A stretch of DNA of 63,421 nt, filler included, from Nemertoderma westbladi (GCA_032718475.1; 4 parts of 4 records of this genome joined end to end with filler, not necessarily neighbours in it), one strand, 5' to 3'; positions 36,221 through 49,830 are shown, counted from the whole stretch's first letter. The notes: generated by a model not told the origin, from the letters alone. Numbers and translations are program-made.

Positions 36221-36885
36221 CTGGTTCAACCCCCGGTGACGCGCTTTCTCATTTTTTCAATTTCTGAACAAAACCATAATATTACATCTTTATAGAACAA
36301 CCAAATAATGACGTGGTGACATACTGGAAATAATGTACATAGTAAATGAATGGCGTGGAGATATGATAGTGCGAAATTAATTTTTATTTACCGGAAACAG
36401 GTTTTATAAATATAGGCCCTAATAGATAAAAAATGATAGCTTGGTTGTAGATAAAATAGTTGTTGATAGAAAAAAAACGTGTCAGAAATAACTTCTTGTC
36501 ACTACTGTAATTTAATTTAACCGAAATTCAGATGTTCTGCCCTCGTGTATTGAATTTTGCAATCGATGGCATTTTAGGTGCAATTCCTGCAAAACCTAAA
36601 ACTCTCGGACAGCATAATTGAATTTGGGTAAATTAAAATTAGTGACAAAAACTGCTTTTTTCCGAGACTGTTCTCTTATCGAAGAACATTACTTTATCAG
36701 CAAGTCCAAATCTAGATCAGAAATATTATATATTTGCACTAAGCCCACACTTTTGATGTGTTATATTTCTCAGCAAGTCCTGTAAAGATAAGTACCCTGC
36801 GAAACCTACCCTACAGCAAATAAATAACACAGTCCCACGATCCGATCAAAATTGCTAAATGCCTACAGGGGCCAGTCAGCCTTAA

Positions 36886-39250
36886 GGGGGCCAACTATAA
36901 CCCCCACAGAAATGAAATTTACGAAAATTTACAAATTTTTTCGTAGTTTGATAGAAGGGCTTTTATAAGGTGATATCGGTTTTCAACAGTGAATGATTTT
37001 TTGACCTCAACACTTCTCTTTTCAACAACATAATAATATTGCTGATATTTATGACTCTCGGTATAAAACAACCTTTTTCTCAGTTTGTCGATTTTGACTT
37101 TTTTCATCACTAAATTCCCTACTACTATTTTATTTTTTACTCAATTGCCATCAAACATATACCAAAACATTCAGCAGCTTTAGGACTATTAACGTTGGTT
37201 TTGTAAAACATGGCCATTTAGATCTTCTAAGTACCGATTTTGTAACAGTTACACTTTGTCTATCACAAAATATTTGATACCCAAAATATTGCCTGGACAT
37301 ACTAAAACCCCCATAAATTTTTCAAAAACAGTAATTGTGTGCTAAAATTTCCATAGAAGATAGCCTACATATCTATAGGTCCATTTTACCAAAGTCTTGG
37401 ACCAAGAACTTCAATGCAGGTGGTATTACACTACAGATCCTTAACCCTATTAAACCCGGGGGGGGGGGGTCAATATGACCCCTCCCGTGGTTTTTTTATT
37501 ATAATTCTGAAACTAACGCAGTTGGGAATCTGAAATTTTATGACTTTTCCTAAAAATCTATTGTCTTCCTAGTAGTGAAAACCGTTTTCAAAAATATTGG
37601 GTACTTTTCGAGTTATAGCACCATTTTTTAACCCTACTTTTGGCACTTTTTTTGAGACGTTTTTTGAAAATTACATTTCATTAAATATTAATTGTAACAT
37701 CTCTATTTTTGATTTACACCGGTTTTTTGGTGTTAGAAATTTGATGGAATTCATATAAATTGATTTAGAAATTTCAAACTTGTTTTTTTCGGTGGGTGCC
37801 AAATTTTGGTGCCAGCACCAAATTTTGAAATAAGTCAATTTTGTAAATTGATCGTTTGAAACTTGTTTTTTACGCAATTGGGGTTTTTTGGGTTTCTGGA
37901 TTCGATGAAATATATACGAGTTGCACCAAGCGTATCAAACTTGTATTTTTCGGTGCTGTGTGCAAATTTTGGTGCTAGCACGAAATTTTGCAAATCTGTT
38001 CAATAGATAAAATTGCTTGTGACAATTTATTTCTTGCGTTTTAGAGGTTTATGGCTGTTCTGAATTCAATGGAAAATACAATTATCGAACTAGACATCTC
38101 AAACTTGTATTTTTCGGATGTGGGTGCAAAATGTGGTGCTAGCACCACATTTTGAAAACCATCAAATATATCAATTGATTGTGTCACCTTGTTTCTTGCG
38201 TTATACGGGTTTGTGATGGTTCTGAATTCAATGGAATCAGTAAAAATTTCATAAGATTTCTCAAACTTGTATTTTTCGCCGGTGGGTGAAAATTGTTGTG
38301 CCAGCACCAAATTTTGGAAAATATGCAAATTAATAAGTAGATAGTATCACCTTGTTTCTTGCGTTATACGGGTTTATGAGGGTCCTGAATCCGATGGAAT
38401 CAATAAAAACAGCACTGGACATCGCAAACTTGTACTTTTTGGTGATGGGTACGAAATTTGGTGCTAGCACCAAAATTTGCCAAATTACGCCGAAAAATAC
38501 AAGTAGCAATGATCTGGCATATTAGAAATGTATTCCATTAGAATCAGCGCCCTCGAAAACCTGAAAATGTGAATTTATAGCATCGTATAAGTGAATTAAA
38601 AATTTTGTGTTCTAACTGAAAAGTGCTGGTTACTTGTTTTTTTCATTTTTTTTCCTACGCAGAGAGGACTAAACAGCCATTTATAGTAATCATATCATTT
38701 TTTAATATTTTGCAATGTATTTTGCACCCCAGAAAACCTGTATTGAAAAATAATTAGCCGAAAATGTAACTTTCAAATTTTGTGAAAATTGTGCACTACT
38801 TGTAATTTTGGTGCTGCAATATAACCACCCCAGTACATTTTTTCGAAAATTTTTTTTTCGGTCGGATCCAGACAAGTGATACCTACGCACAAACAAAAAA
38901 TCAGCCGTTTTCGTAAATATTTGTAGATTTTAGAGGGGAGGGGGTCAATATGACCCCCCCCCCCCCCCCCCCCCGGTATTTGTACAACATTATATAGCCC
39001 GGTACTAATAGGGTTAACCAATTGCTAATTTACATATAAATGCATAAACATTTACATATACATATCAAAATTGATAAAATTTTTGAAAAAAACCAACTTA
39101 CTCGAAAAGTGCCATATTTTTCGAACAAACGGTTTATGAAGCTATCTATACTCAGTTTTCATAGTATATAAAAGATCACAGATCATTGTGTTAAAGTTTC
39201 AGAATAGTAGCTTTATAAATAAAACAAATAGATTTTGGGTAATGGTCCCA
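36886..39250. mobile_element. Possible Kolobok-like non-autonomous element (TTAA-flanked)
   Basis: ttaa-gggggccaactataacccc on the left and gggtaatggtccca-ttaa on the right form an imperfect TIR. Confidence 0.3.
37445..39013. mobile_element. Non-autonomous piggyBac element with TTAA TSD
   Basis: The ends are TTAA-CCCTATTA...TAATAGGG-TTAA. The subterminal ggggtcaatatgacccc occurs at both ends, with internal direct repeats of about 180 bp. Confidence 0.88.
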
Positions 39251-41075
39251 TTAATATATTAAAAATTTAAGCTTGAGAAATTCTACTAAAACCATTACAC
39301 TTTTTATAGCAAAGGTTTTATATGCCGTTTAGTAATGTTACAATTCTTGATGAAAACTATTTTTGCAAAGTACAGAACTTATTATTAAAGTACTTAGTAC
39401 TTATTTGCACGCAGTCATACAACGAAAATACTTTATATTTCCTTCGCAACATTTTCACAATTTCAGTTGTTTTTAGCAGCTTTTTCTTTTGAAAGGATTT
39501 GCGGAAAAATATCAATTTTCGGGCCATTTTTTGGAAATTACTAAAATGTGCCTTAGGGCCACCAGATGCTTAATCCCGCACTGGATATGAAGAGTTTCTG
39601 GCACCCATACAATATCAGCACTTTTCGGAATTGATAAAATTACTCAAAATACATCACCCTTCAAGACTTTGGTATAACCATTAAACCATATTATGCTTTT
39701 TTGTTTTTTTGAATTAATTATTAGTAATCGAAAGCAAGATTAGAAGCAAAATTTTCATTGTTTATTTTATAATAGACACTAAAAGAGCACCAAAATTACA
39801 AGTAGCTCGAAATTTTCAAATAGTCAAAATTGGTAAATTTGGTCTTATAGTTTACTGAGGTTTTAGAATGTGCTGGTTTCATTGGCAAGGTTTATAAAAT
39901 TGTGGTATTATCAAATATGGCCAATTTGTGCCAGCCAGTGCACTTCTATTTCAGTACTGCCGTACTCTGGTACTTGGTACTGATCCAGTAATGTAGTGAA
40001 TTATTCAATGTGCATTGCACTGCACTACCTTACCTGACTACTGCGTTAGGCATTACATTACTGCAGAGTGCTGACTGCATTATGCTGTTACTGTGTTTGG
40101 CATCAATGCCTTATCATTATTATATTACCTTATTACGTCCGTACCTGTTTTATTTGACTATTTATTATCACCTCTACACACGGGCTGGTAGCCACGGCGC
40201 CTTGGGGGGCTAATCTTGGTCTGCACATAGTCTTATCTGAATCTGTAGGCCTATGCAGGCGGTAGCAGTTATAGTTGGAAAGTGCTGTGTGTTTAGATGC
40301 CGCTCGCGCGCTCTGTCTACAGAGGCACTTACTTAGTTCAACTCGTCAGGGGTCTTCTACAGAACAGATGACACCAGGGCCTTCCGCTTCCACTAACATT
40401 TGTACATTTCGACGGGCGATATATTCAGTAAACCCGGAATCTGTTCCAACTTCAGTGTGCTATATACCTCAAATTCCTCAGAGACCGCCAGTAAAAAGAA
40501 ACCGTCCATCGTCCATCGAAATTCATGAAGGAGGGTAAAATTTCTTTATCTGATATAGAGATGAAGCCACTGCTGGACTTGGGCTTGGCGGGGGGGGGGG
40601 GGGGGGGGTGGGTTATTCTTTAAGAACCATCATGCTAGGTTTATTCTCCTATGCCTAAACCAGTGGGACTCCTATCTGAATCCCCCGAAGACATCGGCCC
40701 TTTCGGAGCATCTCAAGTAAGACAATATGCGTGGCCACCTTAACAGTATTCGCTTCTTACTGTCTTGGATTTAATAGACAAAGGTTGTTGATACATAATC
40801 AATATATTATTAATTATATTATTATATACATAAACAATTAATATTGCAACTTCAATTAAATGAGGAACTGCTATTATTTAGGGGAATTATTATAAACTGC
40901 AATTATTGATGTAATGGAGTATGGTTACGCTACTTAATTACACCCTTTCCTGGAATATAGTGTCGTTTCATGATTTGAAGAACTGATACTTTATTTTACT
41001 CTGTGTGTGATTGATGTGGAATTAAGATATTCATATTCAGTTACTACCGTAATCCTGAGTTACCGGTACGTTTAA

Positions 41076-41930
41076 CCCTATCTGCTATCTGGCCTGGGCT
41101 ATATTATACTATAGTACGTGATTGGCCCGTGGGGGGAGTATTTTGATGGTATAAGGGCGGATTTCGACGACGCTGGTCATGATAAAATTAGTTAAATTTG
41201 TAAAAATTTCCTGGCAATGCATCAATCATTTTTGGTGCTATTTTGGCCCCCCAGAACGAAAAGTACAAGTAAATTGTCAAATTAAACATTTTGAGTTTGA
41301 TTGGATAATTCTGAACGTATATGGGTTTTCGAGGTAGCTGATCACGATGAAACTAATTATAAATATTTCTGGTATGTGCAAACCCAATTTTGGTGCCATG
41401 CTGGTCTGGTGCCCAGAACGAAAAGTAAAAGTAGCTAAAATTTCAAACTGTTAAACTGTTATTTGAAATTCTGAAGCTATACTGGTTTTCAAAGCCGCTG
41501 ATAACGATACAACTCGTTAAATATAATTCGTGTTAAAGTAACTATCTTTTTTGGTGTTTGTCTTGTGGGACGAAAAATACAAGTAGCATAAAATTTCAAA
41601 CGGCAAAAATCAAATTTGGTTGGATAATACGATATTTATGAGTGTCATATTCGTGATCAGCATCCCAGAAAACCCATAATGTCATAAAATCAGGTTGATT
41701 CTGTAATGATTTTTGATTATCAAATTTGTGCTACTTGTATTTTTCGTGCCGCACATTTACATTGACACGTATCCAAAAAAGCCGTAATCATCAAGGTACG
41801 ATATTTATCAATGTAATATTCGTGAACAGCATCCCAAAAAACCCATATGGTCATAAAATCAATTTTTTTTCGTGGTGATTTTTCATTATCATATTTCCGC
41901 AACTTGTTTTTTTCGTGCTCCAGGGGCACA
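41076..41930 (+). mobile_element. piggyBac-like repeat, left part (same family as 57203-57912)
   Basis: Starts ttaa-ccctat..ggcctgggctat..attggccc and is collinear with 57203-57912. Confidence 0.65.
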
Positions 41931-43556
41931 AATAACTGTCTAATAACTAATATAACAACTTTCTATGTTGTTATATTACACAACTCTTCGATATATTTGA
42001 TGTTAAAGAATAAACCTTCCCAATGAAATTAGCACATTCTAAAACCTCAGTTTTTTTCCAAACGTTGCGGCCAATTTGCAACGTTTTAAAAAAGTGCTAC
42101 TTACACTTTTGGTGCTCTTATAGTATCTATTGATAAAAAAATGAAAATTTTTCTTCAAATACTAATATTCGATTACTAATAATGAATTCAAAAAACCAAA
42201 AAGGCATAGTATGGTTTCATGGTTATACCCATTGTCTTTGAAGGGTGAAGTATTTTGTGTAATTATATCAATTCCGAAAGGAGTTGATATGGCTTGGATT
42301 TCATGAACTCCTCATATCTCGACAACTACTGGAGCTATTACATTTTTATTTGTCTCATCTGAAAGAGGACATAATTTTAGTTAGGGACAAGTACTTTCGA
42401 CGCGCTAGACATTGTTTCAGGGGTTCTATCTAATAGAAATAACTGGCCCACTAAATTTAGGGGCTTTGCAGCAGCTTGGCGGGTCGTATCTATAGTAGGT
42501 CATGATAGGCCTATCGATATAAAAATGTCAGATGCCATGTGATGTCCTGTCCGGCGCTACCGTTATATGATCTAATACATTTCCATCGAAATTGAATCAA
42601 CAACCATCTTGTGTGCGATTGTATTTATCGACACTTCAAATTGTGTTGAAAATGAAAATAAAACAAGTGCGATTGGATTTAGCCACTCTTCAAATTGTGT
42701 TGAATAGAAGTTACGGAGACATTCTTATTCTAAAAAAATTTATATTAAATTATAACTCGACGGAAATTCAGGATGTTTGATATGTATTTAGCTATAATGA
42801 TAATATAATTTGGGATTCTTATGTTGATCAATGTTAAATTCTCAATTTAGGGAAAGGAGCAGGTTACAGTGGCAAGTTAATTTAACCAAAACAATAAACT
42901 AAACACAATAGAACAGGTTACAGTTATATTTTTGAGAGTAATCAGCTGTTATTTGCTTCGAATTTCCCCTGGAGAAGGATGCAGTTTTATTGCGTCCAGT
43001 TTCCCCCCTATCTGTCTTATCTATATCTATGAAATATATCTTGTTTGGATATTATAAAACATATTTTCGTTGTAAAATTAATTCATTTAGTAATAAAATG
43101 AATACTGAATGCAGGAATGAATACTTGTCATAAAACGCCCTTTAATAAAGAAGTGGCGGTATTTACTTTTACGGCACAATAAACATAACTTTATCTCCCG
43201 ACTTACATGCAGTGCCGCCCCAATGCCAGTTAGACGACCGATAAATATCCACTCGACTTTGCTTCTAGTGTGTTGGATCAACCAATCAGGTAGCTTGTAA
43301 TCCTGTTGTAGTTTTCTGCTAACTTGTGGGTCACAGTTGCTCCTAAAATATAGTATTAGGAATAAACTACTTCAATTTTAATTTCTTGAAATATATTTTT
43401 GAAATATTATTATTATATTAATATATTGAATACTCCCCTATGGCCAGGCCACGCCAGTCCATTTCCGAAGCACAGTGACTGACTACGTGTACCAAATTTG
43501 GCCGTTTTTTAGTCATCCACTTTAGCAACTTTTTCGCGCTAACAAACTCTACTACT

Positions 43557-45912
43557 CGGCTGCTCCATGCCAAAACCTAGTAACTGAAATTTTTCGAAAA
43601 TTGAGATTTTGCCGCCAATTGGGTTTTCAAGGGCGTAGAATTCAGCTGGCACAATCTTAAAGCCGTATCTGCAACCTATGCTGAGATATTACTGTGCCGA
43701 AACCTAGTAACTAACAATTCATGCCCGTTTTCCTCACTCAAATCACAGCAACTGCAAAATAATGCTAGTTACTGGGTTTAAAATGTAGGTACCAACAGAA
43801 TGTAATCGCTAGATTTTAGTGTTACAAAACCAAGTATCTTGAATTATATGCTATATTACTGTACCTTTACCAAAGCGTGCAACTGCAATGGGTTGCAGTT
43901 ACTGGGTTTTGGTAATTACTTACTGGGTTTTGGGATCATAATATCTGAATTGTGGTGGAGAGGTACTAGGTTTTGGAAAAGTTTTCCCTGTTTCAATTTG
44001 CAGAGTTTCATTTCTCAATACATAGTAGGCCTAGCAGCTAATTTACTGGCATTTTATTGGTCCAAAAATATAATTCTAGAATATTTGAGGTGGTGGGGAG
44101 TTTAAATTGATCAATTAGTGTGATTCCCCGTACTTAGTTCCAATTTAAGCCTCATGCGAATTTAGTTCCAATGGAAACGAATTTAGTTCAAATTTTGGCG
44201 AACTTAGTTCCAATTTAGGCGAGCTTAGTTCCAATAACTAGAGAAAAACGAAAACGAATTTAGTTCCAATGCATGCAAATTTATTTCCAATGGATGCGAA
44301 TTTAGTTCCAATGGATGCGAACTTAGTTACAATGCAAGCTAATTTAGTTCCAATGGAAGCGAATTTAGTTCCAATGTTTCAGGTGTGGGGCGAGCCACGT
44401 AGTTGGCGAAGAATCTGTTTAAGGACAATATTTGGTGGATGGTTAAATTATAATTGTAAATAACTAACCTAAAACGCCTAACCTCCTAACCAAAACAATC
44501 TTATCCCAAACAACGCCCAACCTCTTAACCCAAACAATTCAATTAAATTCATTTATATTTAATCATTTAAAATGATATTCATTGTAAAAAACAACGCCCA
44601 AGGTCTTAACCCAAACTACGCCCAACCTCCTAACCCAAACAACGCCCATCCACCTAAACCGAAACAACTGGAAATATTGTATTTGGTGTGAAAATGGCAC
44701 AATGTTTAGGCCTATGACTTGGGTATATAATACTACAGACTCAGTCAGTCAGTACCAGTATACTCGTGATTAATAAATATTTACAATTGTTGTTGACCCT
44801 GACCCACCCCAAATAGTGGCAATAAGCAATAGGCTTCGCCTACTACGTGGCTATCCCCACGATTGAAACATTGGAACTAAGTTCGTACCCATTTGAACTA
44901 AATTCGCTTCCATTGGAACTAAATTCGCATGCATTGGAACTAAATTCGCTTCCATTGGAACTAAATTCGCATGCATTGGAACTAAATTCGCTTCCATTGG
45001 AACTAAATTCGCTTCCATTGGAACTAAATTCGCTTCCATTGGAAGTAAATTCGCTTCCATTGGAACTAAATTCGCATGCATTGGAACTAAATATCGAAAG
45101 TTATTTAAGACGAATAAAACAATGACGTTATGATTTTAAGATCTGAGGTCTGCTATAGGCAATTCTCGTAAGACAGCCAGTAGTTGTGTGGATCTAAAGG
45201 AGTTTCATTTCTGGAGAAACAAGAAAACTTAATCCAAGACTCTGTGTCAAGCGCTGCCTTACCTTACCTTAGAGACATTGTTGAGGTTAAATTCTACAAA
45301 GACTGCAGCAAATTGGCATATAAAACAAGTTTTGAAAGTCCGGCAATTTCATTGCCATTTCTCCGGGTGAAGTTTTCTCCGGAGCAGGTGCCGAAAATAA
45401 AAACCAAGAATCGCAGAATAAAATTATCTAAGAAAGAAACATTGACCAATGATCAAACAACTTTTGGTAAAGATGCCGGAGAGTCGAAGAAAATTTTGGT
45501 TCGAAATGCCAGCTTCATCAGATAAAACCGATCTAAACATCGAATATGTGGATGACCTGTGAAATGAAACGCAAATGGGAAACTCATCCCGTGATTTATT
45601 GCCGCTACTCATCCCGCCTGATAACTGTAAACTTTGGGCGATACTGTTTAATACAGTAATGTGAACTTTCGGTGATACAGTTTAATTAATGTAAAATTTG
45701 ATTATATGAAACTACAGTATATGAGTGGTTACTGGTTAAGATATACAGTATCATAAGAATTCAGTATGTAGGCCTATTATAAATTAATTTTACTGGATAT
45801 TTCGGGGAAAAAAGTCAGAACGAAATGCCAGCCCGCAAAAGTTCGAAAACTGTAACTGCGATTATCACACTACACGGAAAAACACTTACTAGGTTTTGGC
45901 ATGAAGCAGCCG
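43557..45912 (+). mobile_element. Sola1-like deletion derivative with 4-bp TSD TACT
   Basis: TIRs are cggctgctccatgccaaaacctagtaa and ttactaggttttggcatgaagcagccg. TACT occurs at 43553-43556 and 45913-45916. A transposase C-terminus-like remnant lies at 45184-45560 (LAYKTSF..LSKKETL / MPESRRKFW). The Sola1 call rests on TSD length and this remnant. Confidence 0.7.
44127..45092. mobile_element. Foldback-type element with inverted arrays of a 21-bp unit
   Basis: (gcgaatttagttccaatggaa)n at 44132-44374 is mirrored by its reverse complement at 44870-45090. The inverted repeat extends inward (44375-44411 vs 44834-44869). The centre has cctaaccc-type repeats. Confidence 0.8.
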
Positions 45913-45920
45913 TACTGTAT

Positions 45921-46349
45921 CTACTACTACTAGGATCGGCATGCTGCATTGCAGCTGCATTTTTAAGAATGCTGTGCCGGCTTATCGACAAAATTGCACC
46001 GCCACAGATCCCTATCACCCATGACATTTGCTAGATCATCCTCAACTTCAAGGCCAGTGTCCTTTAAGATGCGTCTCAAGAAAGTCATGGGCTGTCCACC
46101 ACGCTTATTCACTCCATGGGGCTGCAAAGTACAAGATTATGCACTGGCTGGTCCTCACGGCGAAAGCAATGTCCTGCAAAGCGGAGGCGATTTTGTTCTA
46201 GTGTCAAGCTTGGGGGAACCAATGAGACACCTCCAATGTTATATAGTGTCTGGTTGGAGATGTGTGCATTGTACTTGACACAATGAACCCGGCGTAGCAT
46301 ACTTGTGAATGTGCCATCCAGAGATTTGGTGTCCTCAGCAGTTAGAGCC
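45921..46349 (-). mobile_element. RTE 3' fragment with (TAG)n tail
   Basis: Reverse complement of 4-433, with few substitutions and a small frameshift. Confidence 0.9.
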
Positions 46350-46850
46350 ATCCGCAAGCGTGGACACCCAAACTGTATTAAAATTTGTATTCTGTACCGT
46401 ACTCCCGTACTGTATCACATGGGTGCAACTCTTGCCCAAAAAACTGGGCTCATACTGTAGGCCAACAAAGGATAGTCTATAAACTTACCAACCAAAGTAC
46501 CAACCAGTAGAACTCTGATTGGTTTCAGTTAGCGCTTGCTTTAGATTTCTTGCTTCAGTTGTATAGGGGAAGAATTGACATTCCAATGAGTTTACATCAT
46601 ACGATTTGCTCTCCTCTTCATAGATTGATCTGAATGTAACAAACAGGTAAAAACTGATCTACAACTACAACTAACATAAACGACAAAGAAGAACATATAT
46701 TTTTCCACATCCAGTATGAAAAGCACACCAGCTACCCACAGCAGCGGAAATATCAACATGTTCTTCCGGGATTTTATGACGATTTGATGCGGATACATTT
46801 CAATATAAATCACGATCGAGAAGACCCGCACGGTTAGGTTCGCCACACGA

Positions 46851-47000
46851 CCCCACCAGCCCACCCACCCCACCGGCCCACCCACCCCACCGGCCCACCC
46901 ACCCCACCGGCCCACCCACCCCACCGGCCCACCCACCCCACCAGCCCACCCACCCCACCGGCCCACCCACCCCACCAGCCCACCCACCCCACCGGCCACT
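46851..47000. repeat. C-rich minisatellite of about 18-21 bp units (G-quadruplex-prone on the minus strand)
   Basis: (ccccaccggcccacccac)n-type array. Confidence 0.9.
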
Positions 47001-48714
47001 CATTGTTCTTTAAATCTTAATGAGATACAGTTTAAACCTCCACCTTCTTACTGTAGTGGGTGGGTTAGAATTTTTAATTTTGTTTTCATTCTTTGATCAT
47101 TAGGCCTACAGTACCACATTTACTTTCTTATTGTTTTCAAAATGGAAAGGGAAAATTAATCTTATTAATTTATAGATGGGAATGCAAAGTCCGTTTAATG
47201 GCTAAGACGACTTAAGAATAAAAACATAAAGTCCGACTTTAAAAAAAAGTTGTTAATACATACTTACGCAATCAAACTGCAAGGAAGGAGTTACAAATAC
47301 GAGAGCTAGGTTGGGGTTTTGTCCCTTTATACCTCGTTTTATGTTGAGGTTTTTGCTGCGTATTTGTAGGTTTTGGTCACTACTGGCAACAAGGGCCAGT
47401 GTAACTACCAAGAATAGTATAAACCAATTCATATTAATTGATTTGCGATTGAGAATTAAAGTTCAGCTAATAATACGTTTATACCCAAAAATAATATATA
47501 CAGTACTGTATTGTACGGTATAACTACTTTCGCTATTCTTATATATTCGTGAAATAAAAAAAATAATAATGTAGATTTTTTATCAGCAGTTGTATCAGAA
47601 TGTTTTAGTTTTGGAATAAAACTACATTTTATGCCATTATCCAATTAATTACAGCTCTCATTATTTCTCACAAGTTTATTGGGAAGTCAATAATTCCACT
47701 GTAGAGGGCCTACTGTACAGTACTTTCGTAACACGTCGCCTTTTATCGCAGAATCATTAATTTGTGCTTCACAATCCGTCAATCAAATATAATTGTCTGG
47801 GAAGTTTGTTAAGGAGGAATTTAAAAGGTCGTGGCGTCTTTGTGCAGCTGCATGTCTATTGGATTCCTAGCAAGGAATACAACTCTACTACAGGACTGGA
47901 AGAGTTAAAGTAAGCCCCCCGCCATGGCAACGGGGTACTTTTATATTTTATTCGATTCGCATAGAAAACCATGCGCTATAGGTTTTTGAGGGTGGGGATT
48001 CCAATGTAGTGATTTTTGTTGAGTCAATATCTGAGGGCAATAGCTACAGGGAGGCTAACATTTTCGAACCAAAACAATAAATGAAGCAGGAAATTCAGGG
48101 ATGCAGCTGACAATGTATAATATTCATATTTCATTAAGTAATTAATAATACTGTAACTGCATGCAGTAACTGCAAGTATCTTTGTTTCCATTGGATAAAT
48201 TAATTATTCTTCAGTACACAGTAGTAAGCTACCAGTCTACCGGTGAAGTGGTTAAGCGAAAGATGATAAATACTGCATATAATTCAATTGTTTGGTTAAA
48301 TAACAAGTGCAACCAATCATGGTAGACAATGAATTTAATCTCCGCCCTTCCCTTGTCAAAGGTTGGCATATTAAATATATCCTTGCCCTCTCGTGAACAA
48401 AGGCAATAAATAGCAATGGAGAATCGATAAGAACCATCAGCCTATTTCCTTTGTAAACTATTTTTGAACTCTAAACATTATTAACACATTTTAGCGCGCG
48501 CAACGGGGCAACGCATGAAGTGAAGATTATGTAGTCTTAGCGTATGCCACTACATAGAGTATAGGCCTACAGGTATAGGATACGTACATTACACTGTTGA
48601 AAGCATTTGATGGTTGTGGGTTGTTATTGAACATACAGTAGGCCTATTGTCTTATTTTAGTACTGAACCGCTTGGAATATGTAGGCCTACTAATGATAAA
48701 CGTCGTATAGGCCA

Positions 48715-49061
48715 GCCCTGCAAACACTTTAACGTTAATAATGCATTAATATACGTTATTTTCTGACAATGCCAACGTTAATTATTAACGTAAAAAATAC
48801 ATATAAATAACGTTAGTTTGGCCGCCCTTTTAACCTTTTAACATTTTAAACGGTAGTGATTTGGATCGTCAAAATATATTGTATGTTTAACGTAAAAAAA
48901 TGACATATTACTGACAATCAGTTTGGATCGTTGGAATATATTGTATGTTTAACGTTAAAAAATTACATATTACTGACAATGATAAAAACAACTGTAATGA
49001 TTAACGCTTAATTAATGTTTAAAAGTTAATTAAACATTAAACAAAATAATTTAACATATTC
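48715..49061 (+). mobile_element. Possible CMC/EnSpm-like end with AACGTT subterminal repeats
   Basis: Starts ccctgcaaacac and continues with many ttaacgt units. It is cut by the gap. Confidence 0.4.
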
Positions 49062-49161
49062 NNNNNNNNNNNNNNNNNNNNNNNNNNNNNNNNNNNNNNN
49101 NNNNNTTAATTAATTAANNNNNNNNNNNNNNNNNNNNNNNNNNNNNNNNNNNNNNNNNNNN
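49062..49161. other. Assembly gap with TTAATTAATTAA linker
   Basis: N-linker-N, 100 bp. Confidence 0.97.
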
Positions 49162-49830
49162 CACCATGCCTTTCCCTTACGTATTCGAAGGTCCTCACCT
49201 GACTTCCGGATCCATGATCCCAGGTAACAGAAGTCGTCCACATGCTCAAGCATACCATCCTTTGAGCTTATGCTCATCCGATCAGAGACTTGCTGAGGAC
49301 TTTCAAAGTTAACTGTCAAAATGTTGGTCTTTCTGGAGTTAATAAAAAGACCAACACTAGAAGCAGCATGTTCTAATGAGCTGAGGAGCCGTTGGGCTCC
49401 CTCTAATGTTTCTGAGAGTAGGCCTACTCCTAAGTCATCATCAAAGTCTAGATCAGTTAGGTACTTGGCAGGATTTCCTCGACTTCTGGAGCCAGTAGGT
49501 GGAGTTATCATCACCCCATCATCATTATGATGATCTAAGGACATGCGTAGAACATAGTCAACCACAATAATGAACAAGAATGGTGCAAGTGTGTCTCCTT
49601 GGTTCAGAATGGTTCTGTGTCACCGTCAACAGTAGGACACAAATGTTGTCGAACCATCGTATACTGATCTGATTGCTGCAATAATTTCATCAGGAATCCC
49701 ATATAATGAAAGTATGCTGACCATACGTGACCGATAGACTGAACCAAAGGCCTTGAAGAAGTCAACAAAGATAAAAGCCAGATGTCTGTCTTTCTTTTTT
49801 GATAATTCTTCTATTATCCTTCTAATTTTC
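49162..49830 (-). mobile_element. RTE LINE RT fragment (decayed)
   Basis: FIFVDFFKAFGSVYR..YGIPDEII, QGDTLAPFLFIIVVDYV, LTDLDFDDDL, VGLFINSRKT and VDDFCYLGSWI. Confidence 0.88.

Larger units (their letters stand above)
35646..39583. mobile_element. Non-autonomous hAT element with 8-bp TSD GATATGAA
   Basis: TIRs are cagtgccggattaa and ttaatcccgcactg. GATATGAA occurs at 35638-35645 and 39584-39591. Removing the element restores the outer TIR arm. Confidence 0.9.
35443..42513. mobile_element. Long-TIR non-autonomous DNA transposon (TAG...CTA ends, possibly Academ-like) hosting nested insertions
   Basis: 35443-35645 joined to 39592-39885 is the reverse complement of about 42020-42513. No TSD was seen. 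Confidence 0.75.

Noticed and set aside
44269-45125. Heptad-repeat ORFs (MEANLVP, ELNSLPL)
   Set aside because: They are translations of a 21-bp non-coding tandem array that lacks stops.
46592-47003. Gly/Trp-rich ORFs
   Set aside because: They arise from the C-rich minisatellite.
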